Assembly (NCBI GenBank): GCA_965222375.1
Contig: CBDCTZ010000005.1
Location: 160,001-224,000 of the forward strand
From: Polyangiaceae bacterium
Lineage (GTDB): Bacteria > Myxococcota_A > Polyangia > Polyangiales > Polyangiaceae
DNA length: 64,000 nt
Direction: 5' to 3'
A program made the position numbers and the translations under genes. Position 1 is the first letter of the stretch. Each line of letters begins with the position of its first letter. Shown here piece by piece: positions 30,717-39,482 of this stretch. A model generated the notes under the pieces. It saw only the letters and a list, made by a program, of their open reading frames with translations. It had not been told where the DNA came from and did no database searches.

Positions 30717-31643
30717 CTAGATGCGGTATGGCGCCTGTGAAGGCCGAACCAGATCCGGCGAATATCCATGTGTTTTGAGCAAAGACCGAGCCCCGTGTGG
30801 TCCAGTTTCGGGATTCTGTAGCGGACCGAGTATCACGCTCTCCAGCTCAAATTGCCGTCCGCTCGCCGCCGGGATCTTCACGAAAGGGACAACTCCGGTC
30901 GCCCGCGCGCGATGGCACACCAAGTTGGTCTTGAGTGACCCCGCAGCCAAGAGCCTCCACTCGCGTTCCTCTGCGAACGCGGAATGCTTCGCTCTCGGCA
31001 CAAGAAGGGCAGCCTGACGGAGCATTATCACCACCGCACGCTTCGCAACCGGGACCACGTCGGACACGTTGCGGTCCGAGACGAACTTGGCGAAGGACTC
31101 GGCTAGACGGCGAAACTGATGTCGCATCCGCGCCTGCAGCTTCTGCTCATCGTATTCAACCTTCGCAAGCATCAGCGCCAGCGAGTCTGGCGTGAGTTCC
31201 ACGCCTTCTTTCGGCATAGGGAGTTGCGCGAAGCCAACCGAGAAGCCCGCACCACCACTTGCATAGCCACGCCACTGGCTCAAGAGGTCGCCATCCTCAG
31301 AGAATGACGCGAGGAACAGATCCGCGACCTCACTCAACGGGACCTTCTTATGGGCCTTGCAGAACTTGCGCAACAGTTCGTCCGCAAGGTGGTCTCCGGT
31401 GGTGACCGTCTCGGCTGCAGCGTCTACCAGACGCTGACCGAGTTTCAGTTCCTCGCGGTCATTCAAGTGCAGCGCGTGGGACGCCCAGAGCTCCCCTTTC
31501 TGGATCATTCCCACAAACCCTGCCCCGTCGGTGTAGTGGTAGAGCGTTGTTGTCTGCTTGTCGTCGCGTTCTTCCAGCGGGAGCGCCTCTTCGAGCTGGG
31601 CAAGGATTGATTCCTCCCTCGAGTTTGACTTGGAATCCGTCAC
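30717..31643 (-). CDS. DUF2971-domain protein
   Basis: LYHYT, LNDREE, SFSEDGDLLSQWRGYA and KH.AF.EEREWR motifs. Confidence 0.85.
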   Translation of the reverse strand: MTDSKSNSREESILAQLEEALPLEERDDKQTTTLYHYTDGAGFVGMIQKGELWASHALHLNDREELKLGQRLVDAAAETVTTGDHLADELLRKFCKAHKKVPLSEVADLFLASFSEDGDLLSQWRGYASGGAGFSVGFAQLPMPKEGVELTPDSLALMLAKVEYDEQKLQARMRHQFRRLAESFAKFVSDRNVSDVVPVAKRAVVIMLRQAALLVPRAKHSAFAEEREWRLLAAGSLKTNLVCHRARATGVVPFVKIPAASGRQFELESVILGPLQNPETGPHGARSLLKTHGYSPDLVRPSQAPYRI

Positions 31644-31709
31644 AGCCGTACCTCTGTGAAGGCATGCGCTTCCGTAGTTGCTTTCTCCGGCATAGGATCC
31701 CTCCTGGTC

Positions 31710-31904
31710 TCAGCGCTTCCGCTTCGTCTTAGGCCGGCCAGCGGCCTTGATCGGCACGCCGAGCTGAACGGCGTACGCCCTGACCGCGCGCCGCACGATG
31801 TCGGAGCGTTTCAATCGCTCGACCTGTGCGCACGCCTCCAGTAGCTCCAAGTCGTCAGGAGGGAACTTCACGCACACCGTGGTCAGATCAGCCATGGAAA
31901 ACAT
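31710..31904 (-). CDS. CopG/RHH DNA-binding protein
   Basis: VCVKFP strand followed by helices ...KRSDIVRRAVRAY. Confidence 0.75.
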   Translation of the reverse strand: MFSMADLTTVCVKFPPDDLELLEACAQVERLKRSDIVRRAVRAYAVQLGVPIKAAGRPKTKRKR

Positions 31905-31967
31905 GGTAATACTTTGGATTCCATGACGCAACCTGCCCAAATCCGACATCCCCGTGACCCAGCGTCA

Positions 31968-32744
31968 TCACTCCTCCTCTTCGCCGCAAACCCACGGGGT
32001 CGCCAGGTGCGCGGGAATCGGCACGTCCTTCGGCTTTCCCGGGTCAGTTAGCACGGGTCGCATGTGCTCAACCTCCGAGACCTTGGTGCACAGCAATTCA
32101 ACCAATCCCCCAGCCGACGTCATTGCGTCCAGATCCTCGCGCGTCAGCACGATGACTGGCGTGTTTTCTGCGGCGTAAAACAGCGCCTGGGAGAGTCGGC
32201 AATGCCTGAGTGCGATCCCAGCAGCCTTGCCCTTCTTCGTGGAAAAACCACTCGCACCCTTCAGCGAGACGAAAATTCCGAGCCCAACTGTGTTGGGAAA
32301 ATGATGACTCAGCAAAGAGCACAATCGGCGAAACTGCGGATCGCCGATGGGCTTCTTCCAGGCCTTGGCTTCAACTAGGAACTTGCGCTTGTTGCCGGAC
32401 AGGTGCACGAGCTCGCACAAGTACGCCCAGTCCTCCCCGTCACCTTCCACGAAAAGGTCAATCTGCGACGTCGGCGTCGAAAGCGCACAAACGCCAGCGT
32501 GGCCGTACAAGTTGCTGAACGCAAGAAACAGTATGTACTCCAGCAGCCTCCCAGCTCGTTGCCTATCGCCCTTTCGCGACGAAACACACAGCCGGTCCAG
32601 CTCACCCAGAAGCGTCGGCAAGCTGGAATGAGCGGAGTAGAAGAGATGTGAAACATCACGGACTTCGTCAAGGTTGAGCTGCCTCGCGAGGCGACGCGCT
32701 TTCACTATGTCCGCCAACACCTCTCCTCTTGACCGGCCTGCCAC
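31968..32744 (-). CDS. Mrr-like PD-(D/E)xK restriction endonuclease
   Basis: GRLLE...QIDL...LVEAKAWKKPIG...GIFVS pattern. Confidence 0.75.
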   Translation of the reverse strand: MAGRSRGEVLADIVKARRLARQLNLDEVRDVSHLFYSAHSSLPTLLGELDRLCVSSRKGDRQRAGRLLEYILFLAFSNLYGHAGVCALSTPTSQIDLFVEGDGEDWAYLCELVHLSGNKRKFLVEAKAWKKPIGDPQFRRLCSLLSHHFPNTVGLGIFVSLKGASGFSTKKGKAAGIALRHCRLSQALFYAAENTPVIVLTREDLDAMTSAGGLVELLCTKVSEVEHMRPVLTDPGKPKDVPIPAHLATPWVCGEEEE

Positions 32745-32747
32745 GTG

Positions 32748-33107
32748 CTACTCGATCCGCAATGGCCCGCGCGTTCTTGCTTGGATTGCGTATCGCAAGT
32801 CCTCCGGCTCAGTGACCTGTCTCTCGCACTCCTTGCAGACGTATGGAACCGGCTGAAACCCCTCAGCGTACGGGCGGTCATCGACAGCGTGGTCAACGCA
32901 GGTGTGGAACACGAGGAAGTAGAGATCTGCAACGCCCCACTTGCCTAGGAGAAGCAGAGCGGCAAACCCAGTTTCGTACTCAAGGCCACCCGCGCTGCAC
33001 AACGTCGCGGCATCCGCTCTCCTAGGCTGGCGAAAGTACGCGCGCAGCCGCGCCACCTGATCGGGGTTTACTCGCAGCGCCGTTGAAAGCGTCAACGAGT
33101 CACTCAT
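32748..33107 (-). CDS. Small putative wHTH / zinc-ribbon protein
   Basis: HTC...CKEC metal-binding pattern; ATGAGTGA overlap with the upstream gene. Confidence 0.7.
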   Translation of the reverse strand: MSDSLTLSTALRVNPDQVARLRAYFRQPRRADAATLCSAGGLEYETGFAALLLLGKWGVADLYFLVFHTCVDHAVDDRPYAEGFQPVPYVCKECERQVTEPEDLRYAIQARTRGPLRIE

Positions 33108-34191
33108 CGGCAAGCTCCTTGCAGAGGAAGCGCAGGGCGCCCGGACTCCCACCGCAGCTCATGTAGCAGTTCAAGTGCATCAGCGAATCCGCGCCTCTTG
33201 CCTCGGCCTCCCCGAAATAGACTGTGGCGCGAAACCCCTCGGGACCGTCGGGCCCGATGCTAACCTGGTACGAACGCACGCCCCACTCATGCAGCAGGGT
33301 TCGCAATAGCGCTCGGTCAAGCTTCGCTATCAGAGCATCGTCATTGGCTACGCCGAGTGCTTCAAGGGCGCTTATGGCCAGATTGCGGGTGAGCTGACGC
33401 ACGCCTGTCACCTCCCCACTCTCACCCTTCTTGCCGCTCGCGTTCAACGCTACTCCCTCCGAAAACGCCCTCAGTCGAAGGTGCTGCATGCTGACAGCAC
33501 CGACGCCGTCGTAGCGTTCAAGCAACGTGTGTAGGATCAACTGGTAGAGATTGGGGTCGGTGAGTCCAAGCCCAAACTCAACAAGCAACGAGTTTCGTAC
33601 GTGCGGAATGTGCTTCCAGTACGGAAATTGACCTTCTTTTCGCTCCGGCTCATCCTGATCCCGGACGTAGAAACCATCCCAATGGAACGCCACGTAGTCA
33701 CTTCGGATCTCTACGACAACGTGCCAGCGAGCGCCGACCTCCTGAAACGTCCGCTTGCCCGCGTCGCTACCGGTTTCAACTGGAAACGGAACCCTCAGCG
33801 CGTGCACGTACCACTCAGCCCCAGCGTGGACGAAGGGGCCGTACCACTGCTGCTCACCATATTGGGTAAAGAACTCTTCTGCAGTCCCTCTCTGCATGTG
33901 CCGAACGTCGGAGCCCCGATGGAAGAACGCCAGCCAGGTTCGGGGCTTTTCCAGGTACGCCGCGACCAAGGACTGGACTGGAAGCTCGTTGTGGTCGTAG
34001 TCCCAGACCGCCGCGTCCACGGCATCAGCTTTTGTCGAATGCTTGCCAACCAGTTTGCTCAGCGCTTCTTTCGTAAACTCTGCGCTTGTGAGGAAGTGAC
34101 GGAGCGTCTCGGTGCCGTCGTCGAGATTGTAGTTGACGAGGCAATGTCGCTGGCCCCTCGAATCGCGAGCGTTTCGTGGCAATTTCCACAC
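33100..34191 (-). CDS. Hypothetical protein (363 aa), first gene of the nuclease operon
   Basis: Long ORF with globular composition; translationally coupled to the next gene. Confidence 0.75.
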   Translation of the reverse strand: MWKLPRNARDSRGQRHCLVNYNLDDGTETLRHFLTSAEFTKEALSKLVGKHSTKADAVDAAVWDYDHNELPVQSLVAAYLEKPRTWLAFFHRGSDVRHMQRGTAEEFFTQYGEQQWYGPFVHAGAEWYVHALRVPFPVETGSDAGKRTFQEVGARWHVVVEIRSDYVAFHWDGFYVRDQDEPERKEGQFPYWKHIPHVRNSLLVEFGLGLTDPNLYQLILHTLLERYDGVGAVSMQHLRLRAFSEGVALNASGKKGESGEVTGVRQLTRNLAISALEALGVANDDALIAKLDRALLRTLLHEWGVRSYQVSIGPDGPEGFRATVYFGEAEARGADSLMHLNCYMSCGGSPGALRFLCKELADE

Positions 34192-34286
34192 CCCTTCCCT
34201 ATCCCCGTACCGTACCAGAGACCCGGCCCGACGCGGTACGCACGATTTGTCGCAACTGCGCCAGGGCTACGCCCGACGAGGGCTGC

Positions 34287-34475
34287 ATGCGAACAGTTCT
34301 GACCCTCGAACGCCTGGCCATCGATGAGTGGCGGGTTACAACCTCCCGAGTCGACTCGCACGGCGAAAGCGTTCCGGTCGGCGAGCTCTCCGCACCTCTC
34401 GGAATAGCGCTAGACGCAATACCCGAGGTCCTGCTCACGCTTGCGCTGATGGATGAGTTGGCCGCAAAGGGGTAG
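34287..34475 (+). CDS. Small hypothetical protein
   Basis: MRTVLTLERL... 62 aa with GAGG RBS. Confidence 0.4.
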   Translation: MRTVLTLERLAIDEWRVTTSRVDSHGESVPVGELSAPLGIALDAIPEVLLTLALMDELAAKG

Positions 34476-34484
34476 GCCCAGTGC

Positions 34485-34649
34485 TCACCTTTTCCGCCTG
34501 GCCAGCTCGCGCTTCGCCGCGTCTCGGATCTTGAGACGAGTCCAGTCACTGACGCTCAGTCCCGCCTTGTCTGCCAGCGCGTGGAGGTCCTTCCACTCCT
34601 TGCTGCTGAGCATGACGTGGAGCCGCTTGGTTCGAGTGATGCTTGCCAT
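34485..34649 (-). CDS. RHH-type DNA-binding protein (54 aa, absent from the ORF track)
   Basis: MASITRTKRLHVMLSSKEWKDLHALADKAGLSVSDWTRLKIRDAAKRELARRKR. Confidence 0.7.
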   Translation of the reverse strand: MASITRTKRLHVMLSSKEWKDLHALADKAGLSVSDWTRLKIRDAAKRELARRKR

Positions 34650-34788
34650 CGACGCATGATGCACAGTCGCTGTGCATCTGTCACGCCGGCGCTATGGAGC
34701 ACCCGACAGCACACCTCACACCAATGGCCAACGACGCACTGCCTCATGCAGGGCCCACAATGCGGCTGGACTGGTGACCCCAAAGCCC

Positions 34789-35109
34789 CTACTTCAACCG
34801 CATCCGCTTCAGCTCCTCGCGCACCGCAACTTTGTCTCGTCGACGGGCAGCGTCCAGAAGCCGGTGTCGCGGGCGCCTCATGTCCAACGCAACTATGTCG
34901 ACCAGATCCACGCCGAGGCGCTTCGCCAGCGCGGCGAGAACGGGGACTGATGGGAGCCGTTTGCCTGATTCGACCTGGCTCATGTAGGCCTTGGCCAGAT
35001 CGCACTCCCACGCGAGGCGCTCTTGCGTGAGCCCCTTTTCTTCCCGCAAGGACCGAATTCGGGCGCCGATTTGCCGCTGAAGCAGCGCGTTGCCAGAACG
35101 CCGGGGCAT
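34789..35109 (-). CDS. XRE-family HTH regulator
   Basis: IRSLREEKGLTQERLA...YMSQVESGKRLPS. Confidence 0.9.
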   Translation of the reverse strand: MPRRSGNALLQRQIGARIRSLREEKGLTQERLAWECDLAKAYMSQVESGKRLPSVPVLAALAKRLGVDLVDIVALDMRRPRHRLLDAARRRDKVAVREELKRMRLK

Positions 35110-35209
35110 TCGGGAACGCTAGCGATCGCCACGAATCCATGGTTAGCATGGAGCTAACCATGACAGGAGGCCAATTTTTCAGCGGTTCTTTGGTGCAAGG
35201 CAGGGGATC

Positions 35210-35632
35210 ATGAAGCCCAAACCCGAGAATTCCCAAAGCGTCGGGCCCATCACAGTGCTGCTGGTGCTCGCAGCTGGTGCCGGGTTTGTCTATTGGTTCG
35301 GTTTCCGCTCCTCCACGGGAAGCGGCGGCGAGACCGGTGCCACCGCCCAAGAGAACGACAACACCACCATGGCCTGGGTCATGGCGCAGGAGTTCGTGAA
35401 GAAGGAACTCAAGTCTCCGGGCTCCGCGGACTTCGGGAGCCTGCTGCGCGAGTATCAAGACCCGAAACGGCAAGTCCGCGAGGTCAGCAACGGTCGCTTC
35501 GTTGTAACGGGCTGGGTGGATGCGCAAAACAGTCATGGAGCCAAGGTCCGCAACCGGTTCAGCGTAACGCTCCAGTTCGACGGCCGCGAAACCTGGACAG
35601 CCGTGGAAGGACCGAGACTCAAGCCTTGGTAG
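35210..35632 (+). CDS. Membrane-anchored hypothetical protein of a prophage-associated type
   Basis: One TM helix; LKSPGSADF...VDAQNSHGAKVR motif. Confidence 0.7.
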   Translation: MKPKPENSQSVGPITVLLVLAAGAGFVYWFGFRSSTGSGGETGATAQENDNTTMAWVMAQEFVKKELKSPGSADFGSLLREYQDPKRQVREVSNGRFVVTGWVDAQNSHGAKVRNRFSVTLQFDGRETWTAVEGPRLKPW

Positions 35633-35703
35633 CAAGCACAGTCGGTCATGCTGCTGCGCGCTTCGCGATTGACCTCCCCGTGGCTGGGTGACCGGCTGCG
35701 CCG

Positions 35704-37320
35704 TCAATATGGGCCTCGACGTTGGAACTCACCGCCGCTGCGGTCTGCGTCCGGGATGAATGTGCGGGTCCCGCAAGCGATGACGCCTCGACCTGCCCAG
35801 CTCTCGGAGTCGTCTACATACCCGAATGGGCCCGACTGCGTGTGCATCGAACCGGGATCTCCTCCGGATTGCGCCCCGACCGTCGAGCTACTTCGCGAGG
35901 CATACCACAGCGCTAGCACGAAGGCCGACACGAGGTCACCGTGGGCTCCGCCGCGGCGGGGCGAGGTTATCTTGAGCCCGCCGCCAGTCGTTGGCTGGCT
36001 CACGACCTCGCCAAGCTGCACCGCAAGGCGCGTCAAAGCGCTCGGGATTCGGATGCGCCCAGCATGCAGCAGCTCACGCGCCACGCCGTACGATCGCGCC
36101 TTGCCCATCTGGGCACCCGGAGCCTGAAACAGCTGGAGGTCGTGGGAGGTCGCCGCCTCGCGGACAGCTTCCAGGTAGAAAGCGTCGCTGCTGAATCCCG
36201 AGCCGCCATAGTCCCTCACCATCTGGCAGAAGCCGCCAGTGACCACGCTCGGCACTAGAGGTTTGCCCTTGGCCGGTCGGCGCTCGAACGAGCAACACAC
36301 GACGTATGAGGGCCGAATCTCAGAAGTTGCGGCGACCACAACACCCGCTGCAGCATCCTGACGGGCTGCGAAGTCGTAGCCGGCTCCGACCACCCAATGA
36401 CCAAGGTTCGAGAGCGAGTCGAGGGCGACCGGACACGGCAGATTGTCATCTAGCGCGTCCGAAATCGCGCCCTTGTCGAAGTACGCAGCTGCACCACCGG
36501 TGAACGGCACACAGTCGAACTCGCGCGCGGCGTTCAGCGGATCCCGGATTCGCTCGGCCTCAACAACAGCCCGGATTTTTGGACTATCGGGACGCATCAG
36601 CTCGGTCGGAGCAACGCACGCCAGTGCTGAGCTTGGCGAGCCGAGGTTTTGCCGGACGAGGTCATGAAGCAAGCCCGACTCCAACCAAGCAGTGCTGATG
36701 ACGCATAGGACTCCCCCGGCGACAACTCTCACCGCAAGGGCACGGAACAGTTCCGAGTCGTTGATCTCACCGCTGTCGCCGTCGCGGAAGAAGGCCGACT
36801 CGTCCATCAGTCCAGCCAAAAGCGTGCGACCTCGTAGCGCCGACCCGCCGCGCGTTGCCGGCAGGGCAGTCACAACCACGCTGTGGCCATCGGGTCGCTG
36901 AATCGTGAGCGAGTCGGAACTGCGGCCGACAACGAACCGCGCAAGGTCTGACGACGCCGTGGCGGCACCCGCAGCATAGCGAAGACCCTGACGCGCCAAT
37001 CGCATGTCCGGAGCCACAATCGGGCAGAACCCAAGTTCGCCCGCAGCAAGTCCCGAACAACTTGCGGTGAACGCTCGATAGAGCAGGTACAGCGAACAAA
37101 GCCAGGTCCCCCCCGCGCGTGCGCCTTTCGTCACCGCGAACACTCCGCGAGACTCCGACGGGACCGCATCGACGTCCCCAAATAGCGACCGGGCGTGGTC
37201 GCGCGCCGTCCCAGTCAGGTCGCATGGCTCGACAGCGTCAAATCCCACGCGGGCGAGAACCCGCTGCGCGGGCGTGAGATCGACACGCAGAACGCGATCC
37301 GCGAACTCTTCGAAGCGCAT
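35704..37320 (-). CDS. terL: Terminase large subunit-like protein
   Basis: LTPAQ adenine motif, KGARAGGT P-loop variant, LMDESAF Walker B, ISTA, GYDFA...D and HGDLVSA nuclease motifs; AAGGAG RBS before 37320. Confidence 0.8.
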   Translation of the reverse strand: MRFEEFADRVLRVDLTPAQRVLARVGFDAVEPCDLTGTARDHARSLFGDVDAVPSESRGVFAVTKGARAGGTWLCSLYLLYRAFTASCSGLAAGELGFCPIVAPDMRLARQGLRYAAGAATASSDLARFVVGRSSDSLTIQRPDGHSVVVTALPATRGGSALRGRTLLAGLMDESAFFRDGDSGEINDSELFRALAVRVVAGGVLCVISTAWLESGLLHDLVRQNLGSPSSALACVAPTELMRPDSPKIRAVVEAERIRDPLNAAREFDCVPFTGGAAAYFDKGAISDALDDNLPCPVALDSLSNLGHWVVGAGYDFAARQDAAAGVVVAATSEIRPSYVVCCSFERRPAKGKPLVPSVVTGGFCQMVRDYGGSGFSSDAFYLEAVREAATSHDLQLFQAPGAQMGKARSYGVARELLHAGRIRIPSALTRLAVQLGEVVSQPTTGGGLKITSPRRGGAHGDLVSAFVLALWYASRSSSTVGAQSGGDPGSMHTQSGPFGYVDDSESWAGRGVIACGTRTFIPDADRSGGEFQRRGPY

Positions 37321-37445
37321 GGCGCCTGTACTCCTTTCGACAAGTGCGCTTCTGGCAACCGCTCGGACGGCCAATGTCCCTGGCTGTCCGAGCGGCAGGG
37401 CCGCGACTTCGACCCTTCGCGGTGGAGCCTCCGCTGCCAAAAAAC

Positions 37446-38054
37446 TCATCTCCAACGCAGACCGAGCCACTCCTCGCACTGATAGCCAGCGAGTCCTGCC
37501 TCGTGAACCGCTCTGCGGAACGTCGCGGCAAACTCGCGGTACCGGGGTTTGACTCGGCCGGGGCTGCAATCGCGTAGGCCGTGCTGCTTGCAGAACTGCT
37601 CCAAGCGCGCCGCCGCGCTTGACCGCCGGGCAACGCAGCTCAGCTCTTCACGCACTGCATCAAGTAGCGCCATTGCCCGCGTTCCGAAACTCTCCAGGCT
37701 CAGCTCTGGATCCCCCCAGGCCACCGCCGCATCCTCGTCCGCTGCGTCTAGTTGGGCGCGAAAGCCCACGTCTTCCCAGCGATGCTCGGAACGCGCGAGT
37801 GCCTCACTCGCCAACCGATGTTGCGTACGTGCAACGTCAATCTGCGCCTTCGCGGCGGCCACGCCGCTTGCATCCAACTGACCGAGAGCCGCCTCGGTTG
37901 TTGCGTGCTCAGCTGCGGCGACCGCCTGGGTTATCTCCGCTGCCAACTCGTCAACGCACTCGCGCTCGCTCTCGATGCGCTCACGGAAGGCGCGGCTTGC
38001 GCGCCCAAGCTCTTCGTCGGCCGCGTCCGCCGAGGACGAAGTAGCCGCACTCAC
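37446..38054 (-). CDS. Helical/coiled-coil hypothetical protein
   Basis: Ala/Glu-rich ORF with a 4-nt overlap to its neighbour. Confidence 0.55.
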   Translation of the reverse strand: MSAATSSSADAADEELGRASRAFRERIESERECVDELAAEITQAVAAAEHATTEAALGQLDASGVAAAKAQIDVARTQHRLASEALARSEHRWEDVGFRAQLDAADEDAAVAWGDPELSLESFGTRAMALLDAVREELSCVARRSSAAARLEQFCKQHGLRDCSPGRVKPRYREFAATFRRAVHEAGLAGYQCEEWLGLRWR

Positions 38055-38389
38055 AGTCTGCCTCCATCGATTACTCGGCGCTGCGAACGAAGCCGGCGCG
38101 CGTGCCTAATCTGCGCGTCCAGCGGCATGCTTGCGAAAGTTGCGTCTCGCGCGGTCATGAAGTTGATCAGCTTCTCTGTAACGTTTCGCCCGGCCGTCGT
38201 CGAAAGGTCCACCGGTTCGTTGGTATCCCGTTCATTCTCTTCCAAGCGGGTGACGAATATTGCGAGCGCTCTCGCCACCGGGAGGCTTCGATCCTGGGCG
38301 CTGAGCGTCTGGTAGACGTCCGCCAATGAGTGGTTGTGAAGCTGTTCGGCGAGCGCCCCCAGGTCAATCCTGCTTAAAGTTCGTCGCAT
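38051..38389 (-). CDS. Hypothetical protein
   Basis: Overlaps both neighbours; AAGGA RBS. Confidence 0.6.
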   Translation of the reverse strand: MRRTLSRIDLGALAEQLHNHSLADVYQTLSAQDRSLPVARALAIFVTRLEENERDTNEPVDLSTTAGRNVTEKLINFMTARDATFASMPLDAQIRHARRLRSQRRVIDGGRL

Positions 38390-39090
38390 GTCTCGGTTCT
38401 TTCCTTGTGATTCGGGGCGCCTCCCGAGGTTGTCTTTGTATCGTTGTCGCTAGCTGCTGCTGATGGACGCGCTGAGAGCGTTTGGGCGCCGGCGGTGCTC
38501 GGATGCGCCATCAGAGCCGAAGGCTCGCTAGCGGGCCGTTCAGAGCCCCCGATGGACCACCAAGCCGGAGCCGGTGCAGTCTTCGCGCGTGCCTCGGCTT
38601 CGCGTGCGCAGAGTTCGTGAGCCGCAAGCAGGTTCTGGCGGCTGTCATTCGCAAGCTTGCTGCCAAGCTGCACCTCGCCCAGAACCTCGAACGCAAATCG
38701 GCTCGCAGCCAGCTGAAGTGCGGCAGACGCGATGATGCTCGATGGTGCCGGTCCACACTCGCCGCCCCCGATGCACTGAGCCAACCGTCGGACATGCAAG
38801 CGCCGGAAGGCCTTTGCAGCACCCGCGTATCGCTCAAAACGCGGATCTGCGAAGGTGTCGCCCAGCGCAACCCGCCGAGCCAGGCGCGACTTCCCCGCTC
38901 TCGCCTTCCCACCAAGGGCCGATAGCGCCCGGTGGCTTTCCGCATCCGCGGGGCGCCCATTGGCATCGCGGCGAATCTCCGGTTCACGTGGCCGGTTTTG
39001 CGCCGCCACGCCGGCCGGCAGTTCATCCGCCGACAGCACCTCCACTCGGGGCACACCCGCGCCGTGTCCATGGCCCCTGCGCAACGTCAC
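38374..39090 (-). CDS. Hypothetical protein, candidate terminase small subunit
   Basis: GGAGG + GTG start; RRDANGR...LGGKAR N-terminus and helical core; lies upstream of terL. Confidence 0.45.
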   Translation of the reverse strand: MTLRRGHGHGAGVPRVEVLSADELPAGVAAQNRPREPEIRRDANGRPADAESHRALSALGGKARAGKSRLARRVALGDTFADPRFERYAGAAKAFRRLHVRRLAQCIGGGECGPAPSSIIASAALQLAASRFAFEVLGEVQLGSKLANDSRQNLLAAHELCAREAEARAKTAPAPAWWSIGGSERPASEPSALMAHPSTAGAQTLSARPSAAASDNDTKTTSGGAPNHKERTETCDEL

Positions 39091-39349
39091 CGCCAGCCTC
39101 CGCAAGTGCGCGAAAACGTTGGAGCCGGATCGTGTTGTCCGAAGGCCGGTGTCCGAACTGGGCAATAAAGGCCCAGAAACAAGCTACGCGAAGCCCTTGA
39201 ACACCAGCTGGGCGAGCCGACGTGCACGGGTTCGCACGCAAACTCCCGAGCACCAGCAGCGTTGCGATTCACCCCCGCAAAGCCATCGCCGCATTTCCGG
39301 GTGAACCCGACCGTCACTCGCTTCTGTCGCTTCTGCTGCGTGGAGACGC

Positions 39350-39482
39350 ACCACCGTGACTGTGACCGGCGTGGCGGCGCAAGCACAACGCGAGGCGAGT
39401 GTGACTGCGCCCCTACTACGTAGGGGGCGCGCGCACACACACTCCGGACGTAACGGTCACACTCAATCACAGTCGGTCACGC
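39350..39482. other. Putative replication origin of the element
   Basis: Palindrome GCGCCCCTAC-TAC-GTAGGGGGCGC flanked by GTGAC (left) and GTCAC (right) repeats at the helicase gene end. Confidence 0.55.
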
